Of a DNA stretch of 64,000 nucleotides, positions 40,847 through 50,521 are shown in pieces (positions within the stretch are counted from its first letter, which is position 1; every line of letters starts with the position of its first letter). Source of the stretch: a virus (Duplodnaviria > Heunggongvirae > Uroviricota > Caudoviricetes); the IMG/VR virus record IMGVR_UViG_3300034157_000063. The stretch is one strand, 5' to 3'. The notes under the pieces are model-generated. The model saw only the letters and a list, made by a program, of their open reading frames with translations, was not told where the DNA came from and searched no databases. The position numbers and the translations under genes are program-made.

Positions 40847-41005
40847 TTACATTCCACTATATTCTGGGATGGTGTTGTATTCGGATAGTGCTTGGAATTC
40901 GTAACCAGAGCTATGATGTTTGAAACCAAAGAAAATCCACATTCCCATCATAAATAAAATACTGACCACACATAATTTTACGGCTTTTGTTTCATTATCG
41001 TTCAT
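40847..41005 (-). CDS. 52-aa single-TM protein (not in ORF track)
   Basis: MNDNETKAVKLCVVSILFMMGMWIFFGFK...EYSGM; GGGAGG SD; starts 1 nt after upstream stop. Confidence 0.7.
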   Translation of the reverse strand: MNDNETKAVKLCVVSILFMMGMWIFFGFKHHSSGYEFQALSEYNTIPEYSGM

Positions 41006-41006
41006 A

Positions 41007-41438
41007 TTATTCCTCCCGATTGTCTTCGAAATTAAGTTCTTCGATTATTGTCTTCGTGAGAATATATTCAGGAATTTTCAATTGTAGGCAATACAGAACC
41101 CCTCTCCAGTTATTAAGTTTGCCATTTTCTGTCATGAAATCATACTTTTTAACTGTCGAAAGATATTGAAGCCGTCCTTCTTTATTTAATTTTTGTAGCT
41201 TAGATTTTGTTTTCTTTTTAAATTTTCTAATTTTACTGCAAAGGTGTTGGCTGTACAGAAATAATGAACAACCTACAACGAAGAAAACAATGCTAATGAT
41301 ATTAAATATGATGGACAATGAAGGGCTGTTTTTTAAGAACGCGAAATCGGCTAATAATGTAATAGCCACCAGTAACCAACAGATCCCACTTAGTAATGTT
41401 GCAATCGAAAACATAACAATATCCTTTTTTATTCTCAT
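41007..41438 (-). CDS. Two-TM membrane protein
   Basis: Two N-terminal TM helices followed by a basic stretch; GAGG SD. Confidence 0.75.
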   Translation of the reverse strand: MRIKKDIVMFSIATLLSGICWLLVAITLLADFAFLKNSPSLSIIFNIISIVFFVVGCSLFLYSQHLCSKIRKFKKKTKSKLQKLNKEGRLQYLSTVKKYDFMTENGKLNNWRGVLYCLQLKIPEYILTKTIIEELNFEDNREE

Positions 41439-41617
41439 TAAAGTGCCTCATAATATATCATAAAATAATTATAATTCAACGCCTCATCAATAGCCTCCTG
41501 ATGAGTGGTATTTAAGTGGTTTAGTGTTATTGAACGCTTTCTTTTGATACATCATAGAAATTTATTGATATTTCCATTGAATTTTGATATAATCCGTCAA
41601 ACTCATGAGGGGCTTCT

Positions 41618-41983
41618 ATGTTTGGTAACTATTTTGCGAGGAAACGAATTGTCAATGCGATTATTGATGAATTACGTTTTGACACGACCTACAATGATCT
41701 TCCAGAACTCCCTTTCTATTATGAGATTAAGAATCATTTCTTATTTATTCGTAGAGAGGAAGAACCTACACTTCTTGTCTATAATTTTGAAGCGAATACT
41801 TTTAAAATACTCGGTAATGATCCTTACAACATTTGTAAGTCTGGTCATTATAAGCGGGTGTTGCAGGCTCTCATAATGGCACATGCTGAATTGACGAAAC
41901 GAAATTTAGTTTTGGCAAGACTGAAAAACTCCGAAAAAGAATCGTCTGTAAACATAGATAAACTACGAAATAAACTTTATTAA
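41618..41983 (+). CDS. Hypothetical protein
   Basis: 121 aa; GAGGGG SD; TGATATAAT promoter. Confidence 0.75.
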   Translation: MFGNYFARKRIVNAIIDELRFDTTYNDLPELPFYYEIKNHFLFIRREEEPTLLVYNFEANTFKILGNDPYNICKSGHYKRVLQALIMAHAELTKRNLVLARLKNSEKESSVNIDKLRNKLY

Positions 41984-41994
41984 GGACTGTTAAT

Positions 41995-42798
41995 ATGACA
42001 ATCATGACTATTTGCTCACTGGGTAAGGCTGAATTACAAGAAATTGCATCATCTTTTGGTGGTGGATTTACACAAGCTCGTGAGTATGCTGATAGATTTA
42101 CATCTATTCAGGACGCTAAATTTAATTTGATTAGTGTATCGAACCATAACTATGCGGCTTCGATACATCTCAACTATCCTGACGCCAAAATGGCATTGCC
42201 TATTATTGACTTTCTTAAGAAGACGTATCCATTAGATTTTTCTTATTATCAAGAAATTATTGATAAAGCTAACCCGATCTATGCAATCAATAATTTTTTT
42301 GATGAACCTTTAAAAATTCCATTTGAAGATTCTACATGGGAACAGTTTAAGCCAGCCCCAAGAAAGAGAAAACTATGTGATGACTTTTCAAGAAATATTA
42401 AAATCCGTCACACCTCGGCGGGGCAACGTGATTCTCGCATGGTGTTGAAACATAGGCTTTCAATTGCTAAAATTAAATTTTCTAATTGCACTTATGAATA
42501 TGTGCCAGTCATAAAATTTACGTTACCTATGTCCAGCATCACGAATAGAACAGTGATTGTATCAGCCAGTAAAAAACATGATTTTATGTTTTATCAACAT
42601 AGTGGTAAAATGATTTACCTTGACCGCTCAGAACATGATGTGTTTTTTGAAAAGCACAATAAATCATTGGTCACTCATATTTATAACAGTTTATCAAAAT
42701 CTATTGGAATGGATGATGTAGCCTTGAAAGACTTTAAACAATTTGATGATGAAGAAAGAGAGCGATTTGTAATGGTTTCAAACATGTTAAAAGTTTAA
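41995..42798 (+). CDS. Hypothetical protein, MxxI-tail family
   Basis: Ends VSNMLKV. Confidence 0.8.
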   Translation: MTIMTICSLGKAELQEIASSFGGGFTQAREYADRFTSIQDAKFNLISVSNHNYAASIHLNYPDAKMALPIIDFLKKTYPLDFSYYQEIIDKANPIYAINNFFDEPLKIPFEDSTWEQFKPAPRKRKLCDDFSRNIKIRHTSAGQRDSRMVLKHRLSIAKIKFSNCTYEYVPVIKFTLPMSSITNRTVIVSASKKHDFMFYQHSGKMIYLDRSEHDVFFEKHNKSLVTHIYNSLSKSIGMDDVALKDFKQFDDEERERFVMVSNMLKV

Positions 42799-42889
42799 AT
42801 AATAATTATTTTTATAGTCCATTTATGCTTATCTTTTTGTTGAAAAAACAATGGGTAAATGGTATAATCTTGTAAATTACGAGGATTTG

Positions 42890-45025
42890 ATGATGCAGAC
42901 GAATGAAGCACTTATTGTAAACTTTTTCAATGATTATAGAATCAATCGACATTATGCACAGATGCCTAATGTTCCTTTTATTTTTAATGCACTTGAAAAT
43001 TTGGCATCTAACAAAGATGTTACAAAATCATTCATGTTTGGTCAAAACAAGCATCGTTCTCAATATCAATCAGACTCATCTTCTTTTTCGCTAAGTAATA
43101 TAGATGTGAATACTTTGAAGTCTTTGTCTGGTCTTGATTATGCCTTTATTCTTGAAGGTTCTGGTCAACCTTTCAAACAACAATTAGCCCGCATCACAAG
43201 AGATGAACGTTTTGATGATGATTTTTTGGATAATGAACCTTGTCATGGTAACAGTTTTTTTCATTCTAATCCAAGAAATAAACAAGATGCTTCTCAGTAT
43301 AGCAAAGAAGGTCTGGCGACCATTAAATTTGTGAGCAAATGTCGTAGTTTGTATCAACAAATGCATTCTGTTATTCAGTATATGATTGGTTATTATAGTT
43401 ATAGCCTGTCTGTGGATTACTCAACATTGTTGAAAAAATGGGAGCAGGCTGTTCCGTCACTGCATATGAGTTGTGCCAAAGAAGTTAAAGAATTGAATAA
43501 AATTATTGAATCGACTTATGAATCCAATAAATTTTTTAAAGATCGTTATGAAACGTTTGTAGACTTTGTTGTTAAATCTAGTGCTTTTGTCGATATGTTC
43601 ATGGACTTTACTGAAAATCGTCATAGCTCTGCCCCACGAGGTTTTGAAAATTCAACAGGACACAGTAACTTTTTTGGTCATCAGGGTATGCCAGTTAATC
43701 GTCCAGTCGGCCCAGTCTTGAACGAGAAATTCAAAGAACTTTTTGCTCAGCAAGAGCGTAGGTTGACTGATTTTATTGAATCCAATAAAGACATTCTGGT
43801 ATCGCGTGAAGCTCATGAATTTTTTAATCAAGACACCTTGATCGCAGACTATAAGAAAGTTTTGAAAATTTGTGAGATTTTGATTGAAAAAACTGACATT
43901 CATCTGAATTGTAAATCGTTGCAGGCGATTAGATTTTTAGACACCTATGCTTCACGTCATGAAGACATTATGAAAGCTACTGACTTTGATACTGAATTTA
44001 GAGATCTTAATATTGTAGCAGCTATTAATAATATTAAAAATTCTAGTATTACAGCAGCCATCGTATTTGATGACAAATCAGTAGCTGTTAAGAAAAAAGG
44101 CTATGAAGGCTTCCAGTATAGTCCTAGTTCTTTTATGGGCACCGAATTAGTGCTGGATGGTTACATGGATGAAGTCAATCACATGTTGCGTAAAAATCCA
44201 TCAATGAATAAATCAGTTAAGGTGTTAATGCGTAACTTGAAAACCAAACATATCAATAACCAGCCGCTTCTATTTAGCTCGCTTAAAGGTTTAAAAGTTG
44301 GTTTGAAAAGCTATTTTGATAATGAAAACATTTTGAAGGCTCATAGTTTTGACATGATTAATGAATTGAAGACTTCTCGCACCTTTGAAGAATTCGATGA
44401 CAAAATTCACAAAGTGGTGCGTAAGCATAAAATTGAGCAATATGCCATGAGTATTGTTAGTAACAAGTATAAGAATCTATACAGTGATAAAACACTCTCA
44501 ATCATGGAAGAACTCTATGATATGGGCATTAGCACTCACATTCTTCAAGATATGATTGGTAAAAAGATGGCAAGCATTAAAAACACTCGCTCTTTGAATG
44601 CTGCATTGAAGTCGTTGTTGAACAGTATTAATGGATTTGAAATTTCAAATATTAAGATGAAAGCTGCAGCCAACAATGTGAAAGTGTTGTTTGAAACAGA
44701 AGACTACTTGGTTCTTGAAATTGATACGTTCAAGCAGTCAAAAGCAATGGGTAGTCCTTCTTGGTGTATCAGCCGTGAAGACTATCACTTTACCACTTAT
44801 ACTGAGGGTGGTAATATTCAAATCTTTGCTTACGACTTTAGTCTTACTTCAAAAGACAATAAATCTATTGTGGGTATCACATTGACCAGACACATGAAGG
44901 TTCATGCCGCTCACAACAAGAACGATACTGAATTGCGGGATAAGGCAACAAAGGAAAAAGTGATTAAGATTGTAGCAGATGCCAAAGGTATTGTGCTCAA
45001 AGAACATAAGCCAAAATCTGCATAA
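42890..45025 (+). CDS. Large protein with a C-terminal PcfJ-related (G-x-x-x-WCI) domain
   Basis: YLVLEIDTFKQSKAMGSPSWCISR motif; start moved to 42890 (GAGGA SD, TGGTATAAT upstream); basic tail KEHKPKSA. Confidence 0.6.
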   Translation: MMQTNEALIVNFFNDYRINRHYAQMPNVPFIFNALENLASNKDVTKSFMFGQNKHRSQYQSDSSSFSLSNIDVNTLKSLSGLDYAFILEGSGQPFKQQLARITRDERFDDDFLDNEPCHGNSFFHSNPRNKQDASQYSKEGLATIKFVSKCRSLYQQMHSVIQYMIGYYSYSLSVDYSTLLKKWEQAVPSLHMSCAKEVKELNKIIESTYESNKFFKDRYETFVDFVVKSSAFVDMFMDFTENRHSSAPRGFENSTGHSNFFGHQGMPVNRPVGPVLNEKFKELFAQQERRLTDFIESNKDILVSREAHEFFNQDTLIADYKKVLKICEILIEKTDIHLNCKSLQAIRFLDTYASRHEDIMKATDFDTEFRDLNIVAAINNIKNSSITAAIVFDDKSVAVKKKGYEGFQYSPSSFMGTELVLDGYMDEVNHMLRKNPSMNKSVKVLMRNLKTKHINNQPLLFSSLKGLKVGLKSYFDNENILKAHSFDMINELKTSRTFEEFDDKIHKVVRKHKIEQYAMSIVSNKYKNLYSDKTLSIMEELYDMGISTHILQDMIGKKMASIKNTRSLNAALKSLLNSINGFEISNIKMKAAANNVKVLFETEDYLVLEIDTFKQSKAMGSPSWCISREDYHFTTYTEGGNIQIFAYDFSLTSKDNKSIVGITLTRHMKVHAAHNKNDTELRDKATKEKVIKIVADAKGIVLKEHKPKSA

Positions 45026-45041
45026 TAACAGGAGTACATAA

Positions 45042-45530
45042 ATGAAATTAACAATAAAACCGATAGAAAAGAAATATAAGAATTGTTTCGTTATTACGTT
45101 TGAATACAAACATGGCACTGGTAATGATGATTTGTATACTTACAGGACGTATACGATTCATAATTCAGATTATGCAATGTTGGAAGCATATTTAAAAGAG
45201 TTTATCATTGTTTCAGAAGAATTAGACAATGCTATCGTTGAAGAAAAAATGTATAACAGTGGAGCCAATTTTTTTGATGAGCGAATTAATCCCAAACGTG
45301 AATATCAGGATGGCGTTGTTTATTCTCTCAGTAATATGACATTCATTGATATTAACTATGATATTGTTCAATTCAGTATGCATAGACCTGTGATTGGCAC
45401 ACCTTATGTCATCTTATACGAACAGGATGTGTTATCAGAAGGTTTTGCAACGATGTCTGTTAAACGTATCGAATACTACGACGACAACGGTGATGTTTTT
45501 GAAGTGGTTGATGAAGATAATTCTTTTTAA
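45042..45530 (+). CDS. Hypothetical protein
   Basis: 162 aa; AGGAG SD. Confidence 0.8.
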   Translation: MKLTIKPIEKKYKNCFVITFEYKHGTGNDDLYTYRTYTIHNSDYAMLEAYLKEFIIVSEELDNAIVEEKMYNSGANFFDERINPKREYQDGVVYSLSNMTFIDINYDIVQFSMHRPVIGTPYVILYEQDVLSEGFATMSVKRIEYYDDNGDVFEVVDEDNSF

Positions 45531-45532
45531 AC

Positions 45533-45564
45533 TTTACAAACTTTTTAATTTACAAACTTTTTAA
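45533..45564 (+). repeat. Perfect 16-nt tandem duplication
   Basis: TTTACAAACTTTTTAA x2 immediately before a terminator. Confidence 0.85.
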
Positions 45565-45588
45565 AAGGCCACTTATGTGGTCTTTTTT
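45563..45588 (+). terminator. Intrinsic terminator
   Basis: AAAAGGCCAC-ttat-GTGGTCTTTT. Confidence 0.8.
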
Positions 45589-45644
45589 ATTGATAAAATA
45601 TTATTATAATGCTATAATAGTGAAAATCCAAAAGGTAGACTACC

Positions 45645-46310
45645 ATGAAGAAAAACAATTTTGATTTCCTTAAAAAGATAGTGGTTAACTTTCTTAATCA
45701 ATTGTCTTTTCAAAATGTGAAGTCTATGGACATTAAAATTAAAATCAACGCCACCTCACCAAAAGCAGATTCGTTGCATGTTTTTATTGATGGTGTTCAT
45801 GCTGTTGATCTTGAAGTTGCCCTTGAAAAACATGATAAAGAAACAAACTACAAGATAGTCAAAAAAATTAGCCGTTTCAACATGCGAATTAAACATGAAT
45901 TTATTCAGAGCCATTCTTTTATTCATGATGGCATTACAAAAGAATACATATCCAGTATTTTTATTGAAGACATGAATTGGATCAATATTGGTTTGCGGCT
46001 TGATTATAAAATTGTTTATTGCCTTCTCGCTAAACACAAGCATTGGCGTGATGATATTAAGCATGTTATCTATTGCTTTATGAATAAAGATAATAAACCA
46101 TTAGGTGTCTATGGCGTTAATGGCAAAGAACAAGAACTATTAAAATTTTGCATGAATAAAGTCGATAAGATGGCAATTATGTATTTGTTTCATAAAAATT
46201 ATGAAGATTACTATAATGATACGTTTCCACCTTTTACTGAGACGCTGGATATCAATGCTATTGATGATTTAGATAATAAATTGACGCTTGTTTCTATGAT
46301 GCAGTTTTAA
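45645..46310 (+). CDS. Hypothetical protein, MxxI-tail family
   Basis: Ends LVSMMQF. Confidence 0.8.
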   Translation: MKKNNFDFLKKIVVNFLNQLSFQNVKSMDIKIKINATSPKADSLHVFIDGVHAVDLEVALEKHDKETNYKIVKKISRFNMRIKHEFIQSHSFIHDGITKEYISSIFIEDMNWINIGLRLDYKIVYCLLAKHKHWRDDIKHVIYCFMNKDNKPLGVYGVNGKEQELLKFCMNKVDKMAIMYLFHKNYEDYYNDTFPPFTETLDINAIDDLDNKLTLVSMMQF

Positions 46311-46393
46311 AAGAACCAGATTAACGGCCTTTGACAAAAAACTGGCATTGTGTTATAAGTTCACTGAATGTTTATTACATTGAGGTGATAAAA

Positions 46394-46993
46394 ATGACGC
46401 AAGTGACTAACACAAATAAGCCCAGTTTAATTTTTTCCAAGTTTAAAAAGATAAATTCTCATAACTTGATACTTTTCATCTTGTTACCCTTCATTCCATC
46501 CGTCTCCATGTTTCTAGGCTCTTACTTTGTAGGGTGGCACAACTTTCAACGTAGTCGAGAATTTCTATCTTATGAAGCTTCACTGACATTATCTGTCATT
46601 ATTTATTGTTCATTACTATCATTTGTGGTGATAGTGGCCTTGTTTATGGCCTACATAACCGATAAGCTCAATAAAGAGAATGGTTTTCTTTATTGCCTTA
46701 ACTATTGTATTTATTTATCCATTCCCTTTTCATTGCTGGGTGCATCAGCCATAACTCCTAATATTTTTATTTTAGGGCTGGCTTTCGTTGCATCAGTTGG
46801 ATTATCTTTTTATCAATTAGATTCAACAGTCGATGGTTTTTTAGGGGTGGACTCCGATAAGCGGGCTTACTTTATAACGCTTGTTACATTATTTTTCTTT
46901 TTACTGGTTGGCGTATTTTTAACTTTTTTCTTGACTTTTTGGCCTGAATACTTTGATTTCTTGACTTCTTTTTTCAACAAAGCGACCAAATAA
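46394..46993 (+). CDS. Multi-pass membrane protein, Yip1/DUF1282-like
   Basis: About 5 TM helices; YLSIPFSLLG resembles the Yip1 YxxxP motif; ATG 46394 after GAGGTG. Confidence 0.55.
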   Translation: MTQVTNTNKPSLIFSKFKKINSHNLILFILLPFIPSVSMFLGSYFVGWHNFQRSREFLSYEASLTLSVIIYCSLLSFVVIVALFMAYITDKLNKENGFLYCLNYCIYLSIPFSLLGASAITPNIFILGLAFVASVGLSFYQLDSTVDGFLGVDSDKRAYFITLVTLFFFLLVGVFLTFFLTFWPEYFDFLTSFFNKATK

Positions 46994-47063
46994 GCATTCG
47001 ACTCCTTGAAAATCTTTTTTTTGTAGATAAAATGAAAATGGCATTATTTAATAGGAGTTTTAT

Positions 47064-47423
47064 ATGTTTTCAAAATTAATAGTAGGCGTTTTACTTTCAG
47101 GTCTAGCTTCAATGTCTTTCGCTGAGGAACTTATAGATCCTGTTAAGATAGATGAAAAGTCACCTGATAGATGTTTTTACAGTAGTGATAAATATCAATT
47201 CAATGGTGTTCATATCATGCCAAATGGTGCTACAAGTTATGTTCTTAATAGTTTTGTAGAGTTTTATAGCCCTGATGGTAAAGAATTTCCACCTGATCTT
47301 TATCGTGGCCGTTTAGCCCTATCTGATGAGGAAGGTGATGTGTATGAAATTTGTGTTCGTGGTGGTGAAGAAGCCTTAATTTACAAGCTTGAAAAAATAG
47401 ATTCGCAACGACCAGAAGAATAA
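47064..47423 (+). CDS. Exported hypothetical protein
   Basis: Signal peptide MFSKLIVGVLLSGLASMSFA; AGGAG SD. Confidence 0.8.
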   Translation: MFSKLIVGVLLSGLASMSFAEELIDPVKIDEKSPDRCFYSSDKYQFNGVHIMPNGATSYVLNSFVEFYSPDGKEFPPDLYRGRLALSDEEGDVYEICVRGGEEALIYKLEKIDSQRPEE

Positions 47424-47455
47424 AATAAAAAACCATCATGAGATGGTTTTTATTT
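47424..47455. terminator. Bidirectional terminator; copy 1 of a direct repeat flanking argS
   Basis: AATAAAAAACCATCATGAGATGGTTTTTATTT. Confidence 0.8.
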
Positions 47456-47474
47456 GTCCACAATTTCTTATTTC

Positions 47475-49151
47475 TTATTTATTTTCAACCGTCATCTTTG
47501 ATAAACATGGATAGGTTTCAATACCTAAGATATTACAGCCTTTCTCAATGACATCCTTCACTGCCGCGATCAAACATAATTTCTTATACTCTTCTTCATG
47601 TCCCAATATTTTTTCACTTTCGTAATATTTGTGGAATAAAGTACATAAGCTGACTAGTTGAGTGGTTAAATAATGACTTTGATACTCAGTACTCATTTCA
47701 TTGATAATCTCTTGAGTTTTCAAAATATTAAAGAATAAAGCATTTTCCTGATTATTTAAAATCAGATCATCAGTGATGGTCAATTTAGGTTCATTCATAT
47801 TGTATTTCTTAAACAAAATTGAATCAATCCGCACATAAGCATTTTGAAGATAAGGAGCTGAACCACCAGAAAAGTTTAAGACATGTTTCCAGTCAAACAC
47901 ATAATCTTGATGCTTGCTTAATTTTAAATCATGAAATTTAAGACCACCTACAATCGTTTTATTCAACAACTCAGTTTGTGTCTCACCTGAAAGCTTTGTA
48001 AAGTGTGGAGACTTTAATAATTCATTTTTACCTTCCATTAACAAATCATCCAAATACAATGATTTTCCTGTTTTTGTTTTGATAGGTTTGTTATCTTCAC
48101 CTAAGATGGTACCGAAACCCAAATGGATAAGCTTATTTTTATCGGTTGCATAACCTACTTTTTTAGCAATCATGAAGATTGTTTCAAAATGCAGTGACTG
48201 CCGTTTATCAACCACATACACTATTTTATCTGGGTTATGTTGTTCTACCCGCCATTTGATAGCCGCTAAATCATAGAGAGCATACAAAAAGGTGCCATTC
48301 GTTTTTTTGATGACCAGCTTGTTATTTTCAAGTTGAACATACACCGAACCATTCTCATCAACACTGGCAATTTGTTTATTGATTAAGTCCACAACGATTT
48401 CATGACAGAACTGAGCAAAGAAGCTTTCACCTTTGGTATCCGCAATGGTCAATTTGAGCTTAAATTCTTTAATTGTAGATTCTAGGTCAATCAAACTAAT
48501 ATCGACACATTTTTGCCATAATGCTAGCAATTCATCATCAAGTTTATTTTGAAGCTTGTACGCAACATTATCAGATTCAAGTGCAAATGAATTATCATCA
48601 CTTTCTTTGGATAGGTTATAGGCAGTATAGGCGAGCTTATAATACTCAGTGAGCTTTTGATTGTCCAAGTTGTTTGCTAAATCATTCTTCATAATGTAAT
48701 TGAGTAGGAAACCAAACTGATTGCCCCAATCACCAACATGATTATATGAAATAACTTCATCACCCATGTTCTGATGGCTCCGAACAACAAAGTCGCCAAT
48801 AAACATAGACCGTATATGACCGATGTGCATTTTTTTTGCAACGTTAACACCACAGTAATCGACCACCACTGTTTCTTTTGGTTTTGTTTGCACTGTTTGT
48901 GCATTCATTAAATTCATTTTGAAAGACAAAAAAGCCTTACCCGTAATTTCAATGTTTTCGTAATGAGTTGTTTTCAATAAATAAGCAATCAAGCTGGCTG
49001 TGTCAAAGTCGCCTTTTTTATTTAATTGAAAAAGAATAGATGTTTGATAATGAAAATTTTCAAAACTTGAATACGATACATCAACCGTTAACGTGATGTT
49101 TTTTGATGTCAGATAATTTTGGATATCCGATTTAATAATGGACTTGTACAT
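47475..49151 (-). CDS. argS: Arginyl-tRNA synthetase
   Basis: VVVDY...NVAKKMHIGHIRS (HIGH), NHVGDWGNQFG, YVVDKRQSLHF, KTKTG, PYLQNAYVRI (DALR domain); 558 aa. Confidence 0.95.
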   Translation of the reverse strand: MYKSIIKSDIQNYLTSKNITLTVDVSYSSFENFHYQTSILFQLNKKGDFDTASLIAYLLKTTHYENIEITGKAFLSFKMNLMNAQTVQTKPKETVVVDYCGVNVAKKMHIGHIRSMFIGDFVVRSHQNMGDEVISYNHVGDWGNQFGFLLNYIMKNDLANNLDNQKLTEYYKLAYTAYNLSKESDDNSFALESDNVAYKLQNKLDDELLALWQKCVDISLIDLESTIKEFKLKLTIADTKGESFFAQFCHEIVVDLINKQIASVDENGSVYVQLENNKLVIKKTNGTFLYALYDLAAIKWRVEQHNPDKIVYVVDKRQSLHFETIFMIAKKVGYATDKNKLIHLGFGTILGEDNKPIKTKTGKSLYLDDLLMEGKNELLKSPHFTKLSGETQTELLNKTIVGGLKFHDLKLSKHQDYVFDWKHVLNFSGGSAPYLQNAYVRIDSILFKKYNMNEPKLTITDDLILNNQENALFFNILKTQEIINEMSTEYQSHYLTTQLVSLCTLFHKYYESEKILGHEEEYKKLCLIAAVKDVIEKGCNILGIETYPCLSKMTVENK

Positions 49152-49205
49152 ATTGAAGCTCCTTTTAATTATATAAAAAATAGTAATGGTTAATTTTTGA
49201 TTTAA

Positions 49206-49235
49206 TTAAAGTCGTCTCAATAGTTTAGTGTTCAT
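49206..49235 (-). CDS. Leader peptide MNTKLLRRL upstream of argS
   Basis: GGAG SD; ATG AAC ACT AAA CTA TTG AGA CGA CTT TAA; lies between promoter and argS. Confidence 0.75.
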   Translation of the reverse strand: MNTKLLRRL

Positions 49236-49259
49236 TATTTTTTCTCCGATTAGTGGTCT

Positions 49260-49289
49260 ATATTAACATAAATAACCCAATGATGTCAA
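49260..49289 (-). promoter_or_regulatory. Sigma70-type promoter of leader-argS
   Basis: TTGACA-18 nt-TAATAT with TG extension. Confidence 0.7.
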
Positions 49290-49320
49290 TAAAAAAACCA
49301 TCATGAGATGGTCTTTATTT
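49288..49320. terminator. Terminator; copy 2 of the direct repeat flanking argS
   Basis: AATAAAAAAACCATCATGAGATGGTCTTTATTT. Confidence 0.8.
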
Positions 49321-49321
49321 T

Positions 49322-50386
49322 TTAACTAACTTTCTGTTTTATGCGAGAGGTTGTTTCATTGATAAATTTCTCTTTCATCTCAGCAATATTAGAAGGCTTC
49401 TTTTCCATCATCGTTTGTATTGATTTTAAGTCTTTCACATCAATATTCAAATCTTGTGCAACTTTGTTCATGTGACGTTCCGCATCAAGCTCTAAGGCTC
49501 TTTCATTTCTTCCAGTTTGAGCAAAGCCTGCTTTTTTAATAGCTTGAATACCAATGTAACCCATTGCTGCTACACTTATTGCAATTCCGCCTGTTGCAAT
49601 AACAGCAGAACTTGCAGCAACCAAACCAGCCGCTGCACCAAATGAACCAAGAGCTGCAACTAATCCGCCATATCCCATTTTATTTTCTGCTTTGATTTGA
49701 TTGCTTTGATTTTCAAGACCATATAATTTTCTTTTGTACGTGTCAAAGAAGTTTCCAAGGTTTTGACTCAACTCATCAGCCACTGGTGCTTTAAATAGTT
49801 GATTTTTATTTTTACCTTCTGGAAGTTCAGCTCTTTCTACAATGGATTTTACTATTTCGTGAGCTTTCGTCATGTCTCCTTTTTTTACAGCATTTGTGAG
49901 ACTATGCAAATTCATGTGTTCTGAATATGTTTTGTAATCTGTTTGTTTATGAAATTTATCGCTAAATTGTCTTTCGAATTTACTATCTTCAATTTTCATT
50001 CTGTGTTCTTCAAATATCTTACTGGTAATGTCACCTAATTTACTTTCTTGATATTTTGTATACAACTTGCCTATACCTGCATAAGAAAGTCCAGCCATCA
50101 TACCAGCTCCACCACCTAACATAGCGACACCTGCAACAGTAAAACCACCAATTGCAGCCGTTGTAGCGATTGCTGGTATTAATGCGATACTGGCTATACC
50201 GCCTACAACACCTAATAAACCTATACCCAAACCACCCATTGTACCTAATTTTATGTGGCCTTCTGCATTTTTTACCTTAGTCGTAACTTCATCTTTTAAT
50301 CCGACTGTGTGTGAGAAACCATTAACGATATTCATTAATTTTTCTTCTAATTGATCGGCGGTCTTTGCTTTAAATAAGTTCATCAT
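49322..50386 (-). CDS. Glycine-zipper membrane protein with internal duplication
   Basis: LFKAKTADQL / LFKAPVADEL repeats, each followed by a long Gly/Ala-rich hydrophobic hairpin; tail SRIKQKVS. Confidence 0.8.
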   Translation of the reverse strand: MMNLFKAKTADQLEEKLMNIVNGFSHTVGLKDEVTTKVKNAEGHIKLGTMGGLGIGLLGVVGGIASIALIPAIATTAAIGGFTVAGVAMLGGGAGMMAGLSYAGIGKLYTKYQESKLGDITSKIFEEHRMKIEDSKFERQFSDKFHKQTDYKTYSEHMNLHSLTNAVKKGDMTKAHEIVKSIVERAELPEGKNKNQLFKAPVADELSQNLGNFFDTYKRKLYGLENQSNQIKAENKMGYGGLVAALGSFGAAAGLVAASSAVIATGGIAISVAAMGYIGIQAIKKAGFAQTGRNERALELDAERHMNKVAQDLNIDVKDLKSIQTMMEKKPSNIAEMKEKFINETTSRIKQKVS

Positions 50387-50521
50387 ACACCTAATTTATT
50401 ATATTCTTTTTTCAATTATAGCATAGTATTAAAATATACATAGTGTATTGTTCTATATTTATATAATAATGGTTGAACATAAAGATGAAATTATGCTATA
50501 ATTTAGCATTCAGGAGGGCTT

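Noticed and set aside
45533-45564. 16-nt tandem repeat as iteron or operator
   Set aside because: Only two adjacent copies next to a terminator; most simply a slippage duplication.
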